A stretch of DNA of 64,000 nucleotides from Schizochytrium sp. TIO01 (lineage: Eukaryota; Protista; Bigyra: Labyrinthulomycetes), in contig SMSO01000005.1 in the NCBI GenBank assembly GCA_004764695.1, positions 1,550,001 to 1,614,000 on the forward strand, in the 5' to 3' direction. Position 1 is the first letter of the stretch. Every line of letters begins with the position of its first letter. The notes below the pieces were generated by a model that saw nothing but the letters and a program-made list of their open reading frames with translations, made no database searches and was not told where the DNA came from. Shown here in pieces: positions 31,437-43,881 of this stretch. Both the position numbers and the translations under genes were made by a program.

Positions 31437-32765
31437 ACTGCTCTTCCATTCGCTGATCACAGTCTCTCGATCGGGGATAATTACCGATTGATGTTAAACC
31501 CGCATCGTGACCAATTTTAAGGGATGAACGAAGAGCTTACATTCTTCTTTCAGCATGATTGTCACAATCACTTGCAGTTTTATACATGTTGTGTTAAGTG
31601 TCAGTCCTTGCTGGTCAAAACACTATGATTTGCCCATGTTTCCTGGTTTGCATCCATGTAAAGTTGATCATCTTTTTGTTATGGAGATTGACACATATTG
31701 CAAATGTACCGGAATTCGTTGTGTGTGCTCGTGTACGCAGATAACACCTGGACGGATACAGGTCTGGCAAATCGGCTTGTTTGGCATTTTTCATTCCTTT
31801 TCTTTGTACCCATCAACACCTCACAGAGCAGGATAGCGTGTTGCCTATGCTCAACTTTCTGTTTGCAATTTGTTTTTCTTCCCTCCCAAGAGGTTCGCAA
31901 ACACCTGTGTATGCATCCTTTAGAGTTTTTGTCTCGTACACAGGGTTTTCTATCAGCAAAACTTACCAAGAAAACTCAAAGCCGTATGGAGCCGCATTGA
32001 AGTGACTCACTCGTAAGCGAACTCAAATCGGATTTGCATCATTATCACCTAAATTTTCGTTTTAGTTTATTTCATTTCCACCTCCAGGTGCATTCTCGCA
32101 AACATCCTTTCTACTATGACCTGTTACGCACCCAAATATGTTTTAAAATTTTATATCCTCTTGTTGATTCTTTGTCGCTAAAACTTTACTCAATTCCAAA
32201 TAGCTATGAAGGCGGGACGAATCCTGCGGTGAGCAATGTGGTGAAGTTTTATTCCTTCTCTTTTTCCCAGTTATCTAGTCCATGATAATTTGATTGTATC
32301 AATGCCCAATTAAAAAACAAAACACTGGTAAGACAGAGCATATTCAGCAGATTACGCTTGAAAGCAATTATATTGTGCGCAACAGTTTCGTGCTGGCTAC
32401 ATACCTATGCAACGTTGCAGCGTGAGTTGTATGCGGTAAATTCTGTCTTCTTGAAATCGCGCCAGCCTGGTATACTCAGTAACGCATTCCGCGTCTCTTC
32501 ATGGCATGCACCGCATGCTCATTTGCAGGCCAGAAAACTTTTCACAAGATGACAACATTCTCAAATCGATCGCTCCATATAATCTTTATAAGCATAGCAC
32601 ATTTAATACCTTAGTAAATCTACATCTTCTTGTCGACTATCTAAAAAAAGAAGAATATTTGAATGATTATATTCCTTTTCCTCCAAATCATCATCATTGC
32701 TCAGAAAGCAAACCAAATCTTAATCATCGTGCACGGTTCTCGCAACAGCATTGCACCGAGGCGTA

Positions 32766-33373
32766 ATGGCGACTAGGCGCGGCGAAAGTGCCTCGAGGAC
32801 TGAGCTTTTCAGCTCGAGCAGTGGCGCGCGTCGTGTGCAGGGCGATGGAGTAGGCAACCTGAGCAGTTTTGCCAATGCCGAGGACGAGGGTGAAGACGAC
32901 GGCCTCCTTATGGACCACGAACGTCAGCAGGATGAGCTTTTGACCAACATTAGCTCTAGCTTGGATACCATTAATCGAGGAGCACTATCTTTCAAGGAGG
33001 AAATCGAGCGTCAGAATGCGTAAGTTAACCTGGTCAAGTGCTCATGAGATACGAATTCTTTGTACTTGCTTGTCAAAGTCGCACTCTGAATGAGCGCACA
33101 AGCACACTGTTTTCTGACGACAAAATCTATGCTTGTTAATTTTTTTTTTGGGGGGGGGGGTTGTTCATGGAAAATTTACTCAAACATGCGAAATATCACA
33201 GCACACTGGATGAGATTGGTCAGGAGATGGACGGGACCCATGTAAACATGAAGGCAATAGAGGCCAAAACACAGGAGCTGGTGGACCGCGCTGGAGGGCC
33301 AAGGTGGTTTTGCCTGATTGTGGTTCTTTCACTCATTGCTCTTTTGCTCTTTATGCTTATCATTTATACCTAA
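32766..33373 (+). CDS. Qc-SNARE (syntaxin-6/8-like SNARE motif + C-terminal TM anchor), 141 aa; exons 32766-33019 and 33202-33373
   Basis: The intron 33020-33201 (GTAAGT...CACAG, phase 2) joins two ORF-track fragments in frame: QQDELLTNISSSLDTINRGALSFKEEIERQNA/TLDEIGQEMD...WFCLIVVLSLIALLLFMLIIYT*. The zero-layer Q is present. Confidence 0.85.
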
Positions 33374-34090
33374 TATGTTCTTCATGTACTTGCATGTCAC
33401 ATCCTTGATGCACACGAAAAGAAGAAATAAGAGGATATATTACTAATTCTATAATGCCGCTGGTTTTTGTGAGGACAAGACCACAGCGCATTCATCGAAT
33501 AAAGAGATCAACTGAGAATACACAAACGAGCTTGAAATGCACTCAGTTTAGCTCTCTATTTAGACAGGAAGAGCTTTTAATTTGGAGGCTCCTGAAGGCT
33601 TTGGGTCGCAAATTTTCGTTGCAATATTTGAAGTATCCTCTTGTTGAGTGATATACTATATGCTTTATCCAGTGCAATGTAATTATGAAATCATTTAATC
33701 TAAATGTGATATCTTATATGTCTGAGGTCAAAATATTTCCAGGATAGACACAGAAGGTCCCCCATCCAAGCAACCCGGTGACAATCCTCAAACAGATCAC
33801 AAGAGGACTTGTTTGTGCTGGGTGCATGGCATCTCAAATGGTATGGCAGATTTCTACTGAATCTGTCGTAGTTTAGCTCAACCTCGTTTAGCTCAAGCCG
33901 ATTGTGAATCCTTCAATAGCAGGACATCGAAAACTAGTCAACCACGTTTGGGTACAGGAATTACTCTAATTCTGCATTGATGACTTACCAACTACATAAG
34001 TAGATCAACGTTAAATCGTTCAAGCTTTAGAATCAAAACTAAAATAATATATATAAGGCTATAAAATAAAGTCGTGGTAAACAGTAAAGC

Positions 34091-35725
34091 CTAGTGGATA
34101 GGTTGATTAAAAACCATAGCGTAGACGGCTTGGTGCTTCGGAATGATCTGTTCCTTGAAAAGTTGATGGCGACTCGCATCAGGAATATATTCGGTAACGA
34201 GGTCTTGAGCGGTTACTTTTGCTGCTATTGAAAGCAAATCAGCTGCTTTGTCACAGGATCGAGAGTACGTAAACTCAAGCGCCCAAAGAGCTACACCGCG
34301 GGAGGTGGCCTCTTCGCGCGCCCATCTGGACGAATACAGCGTCTTTCCCGTCACGTCTGTAAGTAGACGCTGTAACAAAGCTGATTTAGCCAACGCTGTG
34401 CCAGAGGCAACAAGACGCGTCTCGGTTGCCTTTCCAGCGTTCAGGATTGCCTCAACAAGTTCGCCGATACGAACTGCCAACGCCTCCATTACAGCATGTA
34501 GAATTTCGTGAGGCTGAGTGGCTTGCGTGATCCCAGAAATCGTCATTTGCGCTTTATCATTCCAGCCCATGGATCGCTCTCCACGCAGAAAAGGCAAGAC
34601 GATCAATCCATGAGAGCCGGGTTCGCATGCTTCAGCTTTGGTATCGGCATCTCCAGGAAGCTTGATCATATCTTCAACCCAACGATAAAGTGAACCTCCA
34701 TCTGTAAGTGCTCCACCAAGAAGAACCCGATCCCGATCTGCGCAATAACACCAAAGCCCACGAGGCGGAAAGTCCGTTTTGTCAATTGGCACTTGCGAGC
34801 GGTCTAGTAGGATACGAGCTGCCGCACTTGTACCTACAGTCACAGCCATTGCACTAGCATTTACGCAAAGTGATCCTACATTAGCAGCGAGGCCATCTGC
34901 AATGCCGAGATGAAAACGAGCCTGGCCTAGTTGCTGCCATGTGCTCGATTTTGCTACGAGGCCGCTAGTACTTGAATCTGGGATCACTTCAACCTTTGGA
35001 AGTGCCTCTGATGCTAACGCTGGGAGGAATTTGCGTGCTTCATCATCCCAGTTAAGACTTGAGATGTTCAAGAGCCCAGTCCAGGATGCTTCGGATAGAC
35101 TCACAGAGCACAACGGGTTCGGCGAATTCGGGTTTTCGGCCCACCTTCTCAACAAAAGCGTTGGAAGGCTGACGAGTGTGTGCACCTTTTCTAACAAAGC
35201 TGGGTCCATTGCACGAAGTTGGCATGCTGCATACGACGTGTGATACATTGTGGTACCTGTGCGACCACGCATCTCGTCGATGCGCCCCGATGCTGCTAGC
35301 TCTTTGTGGAGATCTTCGCTAGCCTTTATGATGGCAGGTGAATAACCAGCATATGTCATAAGGGGAGTGCATGGTTTTCCAGAATTGTCGAGTCCAAGAA
35401 GATTCATGGCAAAACAGCTCAAGGCGACCTCATGGATCGTGGTATCTTTAGAAAGGCTTTCAAGAGATTCTGTGACAGCCTTTTCGATGAGCTGCACAAG
35501 TGATTCTACTTCTGTTGACTCAGTGAGCATGTAAACGTGCTGACGAGCGGAGTGCGGAATGAGCTCCGGCAGCAGTCCACTCAAGGATTCGTGCACATCG
35601 CAGCTCTCACCAGCTTTGGCTCGAAGACCATCGATGCCTCCCGAAGGTATCCGGACAGAATATACTGCGGCGCGTACAGAGGAACTCCCGATGTCTACCG
35701 CAAGCAAGTGTTGGGTCTCCGTCAT
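34091..35725 (-). CDS. FGGY-family carbohydrate kinase, gluconokinase (GntK)-like, 544 aa
   Basis: VDIGSSSVRA (phosphate-1 motif), SLSEASWTGLLN, DGLAANVGS, VTVGTSAAAR, GLWCY...LLGGALTDGG, LPFLRGERS.GW, EATSRG. Confidence 0.85.
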   Translation of the reverse strand: MTETQHLLAVDIGSSSVRAAVYSVRIPSGGIDGLRAKAGESCDVHESLSGLLPELIPHSARQHVYMLTESTEVESLVQLIEKAVTESLESLSKDTTIHEVALSCFAMNLLGLDNSGKPCTPLMTYAGYSPAIIKASEDLHKELAASGRIDEMRGRTGTTMYHTSYAACQLRAMDPALLEKVHTLVSLPTLLLRRWAENPNSPNPLCSVSLSEASWTGLLNISSLNWDDEARKFLPALASEALPKVEVIPDSSTSGLVAKSSTWQQLGQARFHLGIADGLAANVGSLCVNASAMAVTVGTSAAARILLDRSQVPIDKTDFPPRGLWCYCADRDRVLLGGALTDGGSLYRWVEDMIKLPGDADTKAEACEPGSHGLIVLPFLRGERSMGWNDKAQMTISGITQATQPHEILHAVMEALAVRIGELVEAILNAGKATETRLVASGTALAKSALLQRLLTDVTGKTLYSSRWAREEATSRGVALWALEFTYSRSCDKAADLLSIAAKVTAQDLVTEYIPDASRHQLFKEQIIPKHQAVYAMVFNQPIH

Positions 35726-38700
35726 CGTGCCAAGGCTAGCTTGCGAGCTCGCTTCGTAAAGATATTACTAACTTGATCAATCGAAGGTTGAACTTGCACA
35801 GCTCAGAGATAGAGTTTTGCTTTTCCTTCGCGTCGACCTATCTCAAAGGCGTTTGGAGTTAAAGAAAGCCCGTTCTGGTTAAGACCAGCCTAACGAGCTT
35901 TGTCCAAGTTTGCTATCTGCAAAAGCTAGTCTAGCTCGAGCCTACCTTTGTGGTGCTATTCTCACCTTATTTTTCTTTGAGAAGCCCGGCATTGCACCGC
36001 TAGCAGCGGAACAAGGTCTCCGAACTCCCACAAGAGCGGAGGCAGCCACACCGTGCAGATGGACTTCGAAGGCCGGTGTATAGTTGCGTAGCGAGTTTAA
36101 CCCAGAGAATGACTTTCTACAAGAGGTTGTTGCAGTTACCAAGGTTTAGTGAGAATAGTCCAAATCTGTCACGAAATGGAGCGATCATGACTACAGGTGC
36201 ACACCTAATCTTCGCGTGGTCACTTGTGCCTATTGCATGGTCACGAATGCCATGTTAGGTGTCCTTCAAGTACAAACCGTCAGCTTTGCATGGTAACAAC
36301 CCGGGTCTTATCTTTAAGATAAAGCCTTTTGGATGGATGGTACCATGGTATGGTCAAGTTGCAACTGAAGTTAAAGGCTTATTAGAAAAAGTTGATCAAA
36401 GGAAACCCCAATCGCTGTCCCTGGGACATTTACTGGCCACTGTTGTTCTGGGTTTGCGTTTTCTCCCATTGCATGAACACTGAAGATCTGAACTTCGGGA
36501 CATTCCTCTCATTAAGAATCCCCACTTTGGGTGTTCTATGCGTCTGCATACCTATGAGCACTCTCGCCTCTGGAAACTCACTACACGTAGGTACTAACTA
36601 ATATGGCTACGGTCAAGATGTCCAATGCTCTTTCTTGCGTCCTACAAGTGTATAAAGCTCGCATGCTTTGGTTTCACCCTTGTCGAAGTCAGCCATCGAG
36701 TCCCTCGAGGCCAGTTCTGCATTTGATAACTCCTTCACCCTTCACCACAATTATCTAATTGGATATGATGAATATGATGATGAATTTGATGATGAATATG
36801 ATGATGATGCTAAACCACCAATTTACAATCAACATGCGCTTACCCAGGTAAGTCCGCTGCGCCTCCATCGTGGGCTAGTTCTTCCGGGTCATGTATGAAG
36901 AATCAACCGCCGCCCAAGCTGGCAATGAACATGTTACCGCGGGACCTGCCGACGACGGCCTTCAAGCAGCCAGGTCCCAACTCGGCATTGATTGATTCAT
37001 GGATTCATGGATTCGTTGCTTCATCGCTTCCATGAGTTCAATGATCCATTGGTCCATTGATCCATTGGTTCAACTTATTCATCGATTCTCGAGGCGCCAT
37101 ATTGGACGAGGTCGCTCTCGGACGATGGCTCATGAGCAGACCAATCGTTACAGTTCGCCATTACACATCATCACCCTACATAAACTTGATGGATGGATCA
37201 TCGAAGAACCAACAAACAAGCGCACACCATCTGAACCTTATGGCCAGTCAAGAAGCACTGGGCCAATCAATAACAGCTCTCTGCCTTCCCAGTTTCCACG
37301 TCACTACATCCTCATCAACTCAGCCCAATTCCTCCTACATCGTCGCTATTCACCCTCAAATCCTCGTCGATCGACTTTTGATTGATTCATCTTCATCCAC
37401 TGCATCAATTACCTACTTCTTCTTCTTCTTCATCTTCATCTTCATCGTCATCGTTGTCGTCGTCGTCGCCGTCGTTGTCGTCGTCGTCAGCCTGGTCGTT
37501 GTCGGTGACACCCTCGAGTTGACATCACAGAGAGAAAGCTGGCAGGGCCTGTCGCATCGTCTTGACGGCAGGAAAGTAGTTAGTTCGTACTTAAGTAAGT
37601 AAGTAAGTAAGTAAGTGCCTACAGCAGAGACCTGTCCCCACTGGCGGCGGTTATTATGTGGCTAGAGACTCGCTCGCTCGCTCTCACGCTCACTTCAGCC
37701 ATAATTACCCACTGATATTGACATCGTCAGTCATGGAATCCATGTATGTGGATTGGGGAGCACTCTTTTGCTTTTGCTTTTGTTCATTTAGTTATTTAGT
37801 TATTCGCATTAATCTTCTGAAAAATGAATTTTTTAATCCATTAAAACTTACAATCTAGTAGTAACTTTTCAATTTAAAAAGAGAGAAGGGAGAAGGTGGC
37901 TGTAGTACTAATGTTTAGTTTTAAAATAAATCAATTCACCAACAAAAGCAAGCATCGTAGCACAGTGACAGAGGCGATTCCGGTACTGCGAAGAGTGCTG
38001 CGCCCCACGGGACTTCGCTTACAGCGTCGCGAGATGCGCAGGATTTTGATGATGCATCACATGATTTTGATGTGCCTGGCTCTTAGGCTACGTGCGTGAA
38101 AGGTGTGATCTCTTTAACGAAGGCCAACACAGGATGCCCTTTCGCACAAGTTGGACTCGAACTCTGAAGCCATAACGTTTTTCTTTCTTTCTTATTACTT
38201 TTTGCATATTGAATTGATTTTTAATTCCAATTAACAATAACTTAAAATAAAAATAAAAATAATAAATTAATACCCTTCTTTCCTCAAATTGTTTTTTGCA
38301 GCTGAAAAGCCATACTCGGGACCTAATTAAATATTAGCATTCCAGTAAAGAACTTAGTTAAGTTTGACCTCCCAATAATTGAATGTAATTCTGAAAATGG
38401 AAAAGCTTAGAAGCAAACCGTCTGTCCATGCTATAGGCTGCCGGGCTGCAATTCCGGTCCGCTTGGCAGTTTACCACCGCTGCTTCTTAAGAGAAGCTAC
38501 CAGCATAGTGATCTTCAGAGGAGGGTGTACAGGTTTTTTATAAAACCTACTTGTAAATTCTCATTTCTATGAGTTTTCCGTGTTTTACGTCTTGAATTTC
38601 ATGAAGAACCCGTTGGAAAACTTCAAGAGACGCGATGGAACTTTGGCTCCAGCCACTCAAGTCTCTGCATTTTGCAATCTGCTCTTACTCTAAATAAAGG

Positions 38701-40064
38701 CAATCACCAAATTTAAAGGGGAAGTCTGAGTTTTAAAAATGACTCGATATTTCACCACGTGTGTATGAGGGAGAAGGATCAGGAAATCCTAAAAGTGTTG
38801 AGAACGGCAAACGAGATATTACAAATTTGATTACAATGAGCGCTCCAGCTGAAGGCGAGCAATCTCGTGTCCACCTTAATATGTTGTGCTAATTGATACT
38901 TTTGCAAGCTCGAGCAGCCTCAAAATACTGACAATTCGATTCTATTTAGACATGAGGGGCGATATTTGTTTTCGGTTGGCGCGGTCACGAGAAGATGCGA
39001 GCCCAAATGGCGAGCAATCTGATATAATCTCGAGACCTTCAAATATACAATATTTCCTTTTGATCTTGTGTGTACACAAGTAAGACGCATTTTCGAAGAC
39101 TTGCCCAGCCTGATGTATCCGGCAAGCGAGCAAATTAAAATACTTGAACTACTGGATAAAGGCTGCTCTTGAATCCAGTTAAGGCAGGCAAAAAGACGTT
39201 TGACCTACAGTACGGCGGACTGCGATCTGGCTGAACAACAATAGTTGACTCTTTAAAATGACACATTTGCAAAATTACCTGAGATGATCCTCATTCTCTC
39301 AAGCGCATTGATTAATGATATGAATAAGGAAAAAAGAATTAGTGCGGCTCAAAACTCGAAAACGAGATTACAAAGCAAACGAACATTTCCCCAGACACAA
39401 GAGTTCATAGTGCGTTGTAGCCGCATAAACGAACTGAGGACTCACTTAAAACACATACTTTACGAGTTTCATTCGTAAAGTATACTAGTGTATTATTCCC
39501 AAGTCCAGATGGCTAGGCCTTTCTTTACTCTCTCTTTTGATTCCTGATTCAAGGTACTACATAGAGCACGCTTCAACAGACTATGTAGGTGTTTGTTTCC
39601 ATCCACAATGATTATTTGTTCTATTTTTTAAATTAAAAATAATATAAAGACACTTTTAATTTAAAAACGTTTTAATGATAACAGTAACCCGAAAGGCTCA
39701 AAGCAAGGAATGCCTAGAAACTCTATGCTCCTCCAAAATCGCTAAAGAGTAGCATAAGTTAAAGCAAAAAATGATGTAAATTCACACGACATCTCGCCAG
39801 GAAGCCCATTCTCAAGTAGGTATTATGTACTACGCGCCTCAAGCTGTTGTTGCATCAAGTGCCCTTGGAGTCTTTGCTATACAATATCCTGCGCGTTGCT
39901 ACATTTACTACAAAAACATTAAATAAAAGCCTTGAATTTGAGTTGTTGTAAAATAAAATCGTAAATGATCGATGTAATTCATCGGAGCAATCAGTGGAAC
40001 TTAGGCACACACCCAATGCAGCCACTTTGTAATTGTAGCTGCAGTAATTGTCGCCCGTAACCAA

Positions 40065-40109
<45 letters not shown>
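40065..40109 (+). repeat. (CAT)15 microsatellite
   Basis: Read directly. Confidence 0.95.
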
Positions 40110-40111
<2 letters not shown>

Positions 40112-40521
40112 ACTTCATCATGGTCATTGATTTTGGCCGCCGATGCTGCTGCAAAGGTGTTTTCCACGTCCCTCCCAGCACCAGAGTAGTGTAGTAAAAT
40201 CCTTTCCACACCATTTCTAGTGCTCTGACCTCTCTTGTCGTGTAATGATTGTAATCTGATGTATTGAATGTAGAGTAAGAGATCGCATACAGTGCAGGCC
40301 TCTAAGGCCTCTATAGCCAGCGTTTCTAAAGTAGCTTTTCTTTAAAAGACACGAGTTCTTTTTCTCTCACAAAGCATATTTGCTCCTCACTGTCCATGGT
40401 TCCCTATTATAACTAAGTCATGCCGATTAATTATTTGAAACTAACTCAATGCCCTCTGCTATCCTCACCCTCTCTTCCTCTGAATTAAAACTTTATTTGA
40501 GTTATTTAAGTACTACTCCAT

Positions 40522-40569
40522 TGAATGAATGAATGAATGAATGAATGAATGAATGAATGAATGAATGAA
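40522..40569 (+). repeat. (TGAA)12 microsatellite
   Basis: Read directly. Confidence 0.95.
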
Positions 40570-41023
40570 TAAACAAATAGAATAAAAAGGTTTTCTTTCT
40601 GAAGGTAACTTTGTCAGCCCTGCCGTCTCTAGGGAGGTCCTAGCAGCTGCATTAGAAAGGAATCGTGATGCTTAAAACCCTCTTCTTCCATTCGTTCCTT
40701 TCAAGTTCTCCTCTGTTGTCCAAGTTCTTCAAGCTTTATTACTTCAATAGTAAAATAATAATAAAATTCCTCATTTACTGACTCAGGTACGTACTTCCTT
40801 ACTTCCTTCCTTACTTACTTACTTACTTAGTTTGATTGTCTTTTCACGCTGTGCTCTGCTGTGCTCCGCCTCCAGGGGCCTGCGGCAGGCGTGCAAAGCG
40901 AAGGGAGGGAGGGCCGCGCGGCTCCGGAGGCTCGCGAGGGCCTCACAGGAACAGGCTCTAGCGCCGCCCAGAGGGAGGAGGGAAGGCTCCGGTCGAGCCG
41001 AGCCGAGCCCAGGCGCAACGAAA

Positions 41024-41088
41024 CGATCGATCGATCGATCGATTGATTGATCCATTCATTCATTCATTCATTCATTCATTCATTCATT
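41024..41088 (+). repeat. Compound microsatellite (CGAT)5...(CATT)9
   Basis: Read directly. Confidence 0.9.
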
Positions 41089-41873
41089 AATTGTCAGTCT
41101 GCTCTGGTCTGGCTGGTTCTCGCGCACGCGACACGCGCCATCTTCGGTCTTGTATTACAACACGCTTCCATAAAGCCGGCAGGTACGGTCTGAAATGGGG
41201 GGGTGCCAATGCCAGCGGACCATACATGTCCGGGAACAGTTGCGGGACAGGTGAGGAACTAAGGTGGTGCGGAAGTGGGGGAGGAAGTGATACGGGTTGC
41301 GATCAATAATAAGGCGTCAGTAGGGTATTTGTAGTGGAGTTTGGGGAAGCAAAAGCGGAGGCGCTGTACTTTTCGATAGGAGGAACTTGAAGGAAGCAGA
41401 GCGACTGAAAAAGAAATAAGAGACGAAGGACTGTTGCGACGTATGCTTTTATTATTATTCTTCGAGTTATTTAGTTTATTTGATTGTAAATTGTAAATTA
41501 TACAAGAAAAAACTACTAAACATAGGAGCAATTTATTTATTTTATTTATTTAAATAAACTTTGTTAAAAAAAAAAAAAACAAAAAAAAAACTATAAAAAC
41601 TATAAAAACTAAAAGCTAAAGAATTGGGTAAAGAAGAAAAAGCATCAAGAATCGCCTTTGTTTGGTTTCCGCAATGAGCACAGGACACACGGAGACCTCA
41701 GCTAAAGCGAACTTGCAATGCGAAAGCCGCGTGAAGACCTCTCGAAGCTGCTGCAGTGAGTGCGTGAAATGCAGACAGATAGACAGAATGACACAAACAG
41801 ATCGCCAGGTTCACGGAGAGGGCTTCGGCGTCGCTGAGGACCGCTTATGAGGGCCGATGAGGTCGAGGAAATC

Positions 41874-41876
<3 letters not shown>

Positions 41877-41946
<70 letters not shown>

Positions 41947-41969
41947 AGAGTCAATCAATCAATCAATCG

Positions 41970-42054
<85 letters not shown>
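41877..42054 (+). repeat. Compound microsatellite (GAAA)17 + (TCAA)~25
   Basis: Read directly; the TCAA tract has one TCGA interruption. Confidence 0.95.
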
Positions 42055-43508
42055 GAATTGACTCAATCGTTCGCTTGAGTGAGTATCAGAACAAGAACGA
42101 GAGAAGAATGGCTATAAATGGCACTGCGGCACGAATTACTTTGGGTTGTTTAGCTTTAGAACGAACGAGCTATGAGAATCGTGAGAGCTCACGGACCGAA
42201 GGGTTTTTGAAGACAGCTCTATCGATGCGTTGGACAAAAGGAGAACAGAACGAGAAGGAGGGAAGAAAGAGGAGAGTTAGTTAATGTTAGTTACTTAGTT
42301 AGTTAGCTAGTTAGTTAGTTAGTTGGTTAACTGTTAGTTAGTTAGTTAGTTGGTTGCTGGTCCAAAGAACAAGAGAAAGAACAGGCAGTTGCGAGGGCTA
42401 GGTGGCTACTAGCACTGACTACTGCTTGGCTAGCTAGGCCCTGCTTAAGAGTACCTGCGCAATTGCTGCTCTTTCAGCCTTTCTGGGTAAGACTCTCTAT
42501 CCCCCCAGTAGGATACCAGGTGTGTACAGATATGCCTCGTAGCACGAGCTCTCTACCCGTTAGTCTATCAGTGTTTGGCTTTATTTTGTTTCGTAAAGTA
42601 CTGAGTACAACATATTATATTTTTTCTTTAAAATGATTTCATAACCTTTTGAAAGCGACTCAAACAATGAAATGAGTTGAAAAGTACTACAGAGAGTAAC
42701 GACACCGAAAGTATGACTAGAAAGAAAGGAGAACTGAAAGTTGTTCTCTTCGCAAAGGGTAGAAGGGGCCTAGGCGGGTGGTAGTGGCGGCAGTAGGTAG
42801 GTGGTTAGTTTTGCTTTGAATGGAATGAAATGAAAAGTTGCCCCTCGCTTAATAAAAAAGGGGACCGCCGAGAAGCACAGCAGTGAGTGAGTGAGTGAGT
42901 GAGTACGGGTTAGTTTAGTTATTGCCCGTCGTTGTGGGCGGTGCGAGTTTCCTTCCATTCATGAGCATCATCGGTGTCCTTGATCCATTGAAGAAGTGTT
43001 TTTGAGGCATTTGAAGAAAAAGAAGAGAAAAATCGAAGAATTCTTGAAAAAAGAAGAGGAAGGACACTTTGTCTGTCTGTCTGTCTGTCTGTCTCTTTAT
43101 CTGTCTGTCTGTCTCTTTATCTGTCTGTCTGTCTGTCTGTGCAAGTGCCGTGGGCAGCAGAGAACGACGCGATTCTTGAGCGACGCTGTGCATACGCGGG
43201 CGTACGGAGAGAGGTAGAGACAGAAGGAGGTGGATGGTGGCAGCCTTTTTGGCTTGCTCCCGTTTGCCTCTCTCTGTGAAGAGCTGCGGAAGAGTTGGTT
43301 GGTTTCGTGAAAACGTTTATTTATTCTGTGCTTGCTGATTCTGTTTCTGTTTCTGTTCGTTTGTTTGTTTTGTTTGTTCGTTCGTTTGTTTTTGTGATTG
43401 TGAAAAGGTTTATTTGTTGCCTTTGGTATAGGTGAGAAAGAGGAATTGGAGGTCTCAGGCGATTGTGATTCAGGTTGAAGACATGGCGGTTCTTCTTCGC
43501 GAGGAGAC

Positions 43509-43589
43509 GAAGTCGAAGTCGAAGTCGAAGTCGAAGTCGAAGTCGAAGTTGAAGTTGAGGTTGAAATTGAAATTGAAGTTGAGGTTGAA
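43509..43589 (+). repeat. Hexamer repeat (GAAGTC)6 grading into GAAGTT/GAGGTT/GAAATT units
   Basis: Read directly. Confidence 0.9.
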
Positions 43590-43727
43590 GAGAGATCGCA
43601 ACGTTCTATGTGTGGAGCGGTATGCCGTCTGCTCGTGGCATTCAAGATCGATTGCTCGAGCGGAGCAGAGATTCCAAGGTTTTGAGGTCTCTCGTGATCC
43701 CTGATTCTCAAGAAGCTATGTGGCCAA

Positions 43728-43881
43728 GTGAATGAATGAAAGAATGAATGAAAGAATGAATGAATGAATGACTAAATGAATGAATGAATGAATGAATGAA
43801 TGAATGAATGAATGAATGAATGAATGAATGAATGAATGAATGAAAGACTAAATGAATGAAAGACTAAATGAATGAATGAAT
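43728..43881 (+). repeat. Long imperfect (TGAA)n microsatellite
   Basis: Read directly; interrupted by AAGA and GACTAA variants. Confidence 0.9.

Noticed and set aside
36000-37602. Short ORFs including a DEYDDEFDDEYDDD stretch and a poly-F/V hydrophobic ORF
   Set aside because: Derived from simple repeats; no family could be assigned in any frame I read.
41847-43711. ORFs with KKER, INQS, ST or KS repeats
   Set aside because: Translations of microsatellites.
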